Assembly: GCF_963921235.1 (NCBI RefSeq)
Contig: NC_086101.1
Span: 10,666,001 to 10,730,000, forward strand
DNA: 64,000 bases
Reading direction: 5' to 3'
From: Mobula hypostoma
Taxonomy: Eukaryota
Of this stretch, positions 63,651 to 64,000 are shown piece after piece. Each line of letters begins with the position of its first letter. Positions within the stretch are counted from its first letter, which is position 1. The translations under genes were made by a program, and so were the position numbers. Below the pieces are notes generated by a model that was given only the letters and a program-made list of their open reading frames with translations, was not told the origin of the DNA and made no database searches.

Positions 63651-64000
63651 AGAAAGCAGAGGTGCTTTCATAGGATCTGTCAGTTGATCAAAGGAAATCC
63701 AGGAGTTTAATTAGTTACAACTGGGGAAATTACTCGTGTAGCTCAAAACCAAAAGCAACACAGTGGCTTATATAGTATTATTGGTTCACAGCTTAAATGA
63801 CCAAGTTTTAATCCTGACCTCTGGCCTTGTTTGTGGATGTTACACATTTTCTCTGTCAATGTGCAGGATTGTCCTGCATGCTTACTTTCCTCACAGATCC
63901 CATAAACTCTCAGATTTGTAGCTTGCTGTAAGTACTGTAATGACTGGAGGAACATTTACAGAGTTGATGTGAATGTGAGGAGAATAAAATTAATTAGGGT

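Overview
Repeat-dense vertebrate genomic DNA. The mix of CR1 LINEs with PHD/SGNH-esterase ORF1, Penelope-like elements, Rex1, Tx1/L1, HE1/V-type SINEs and the style of the B30.2 exon suggests a cartilaginous fish, probably a ray (inference, not proven). Most of the window is decayed, often nested retroelements. One host gene can be assembled by hand on the + strand: the 3' half of a butyrophilin-like gene. It has a 120-nt transmembrane exon (18189-18308), a 27-nt juxtamembrane microexon present in two tandem copies (20800-20826, 27831-27857) and a terminal B30.2/PRY-SPRY exon (35990-36522). All junctions are phase 1 and in frame; the Ig exons are not in the window. The two microexon copies lie in a ~0.94-kb duplicated core and are separated by a ~5-kb polypyrimidine tract. 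Each copy shows the empty site of insertions carried by the other. Other points of interest: a permuted hammerhead-like RNA motif in a HERO-type retrotransposon 3' UTR, a class I ERV pol/env remnant just downstream of the gene, two solo-LTR families with clean TSDs, a near-full-length L1 nested in a CR1, and a Tc1 end. Repeat boundaries without a TSD are approximate, and family names come from motif recognition, not database searches.
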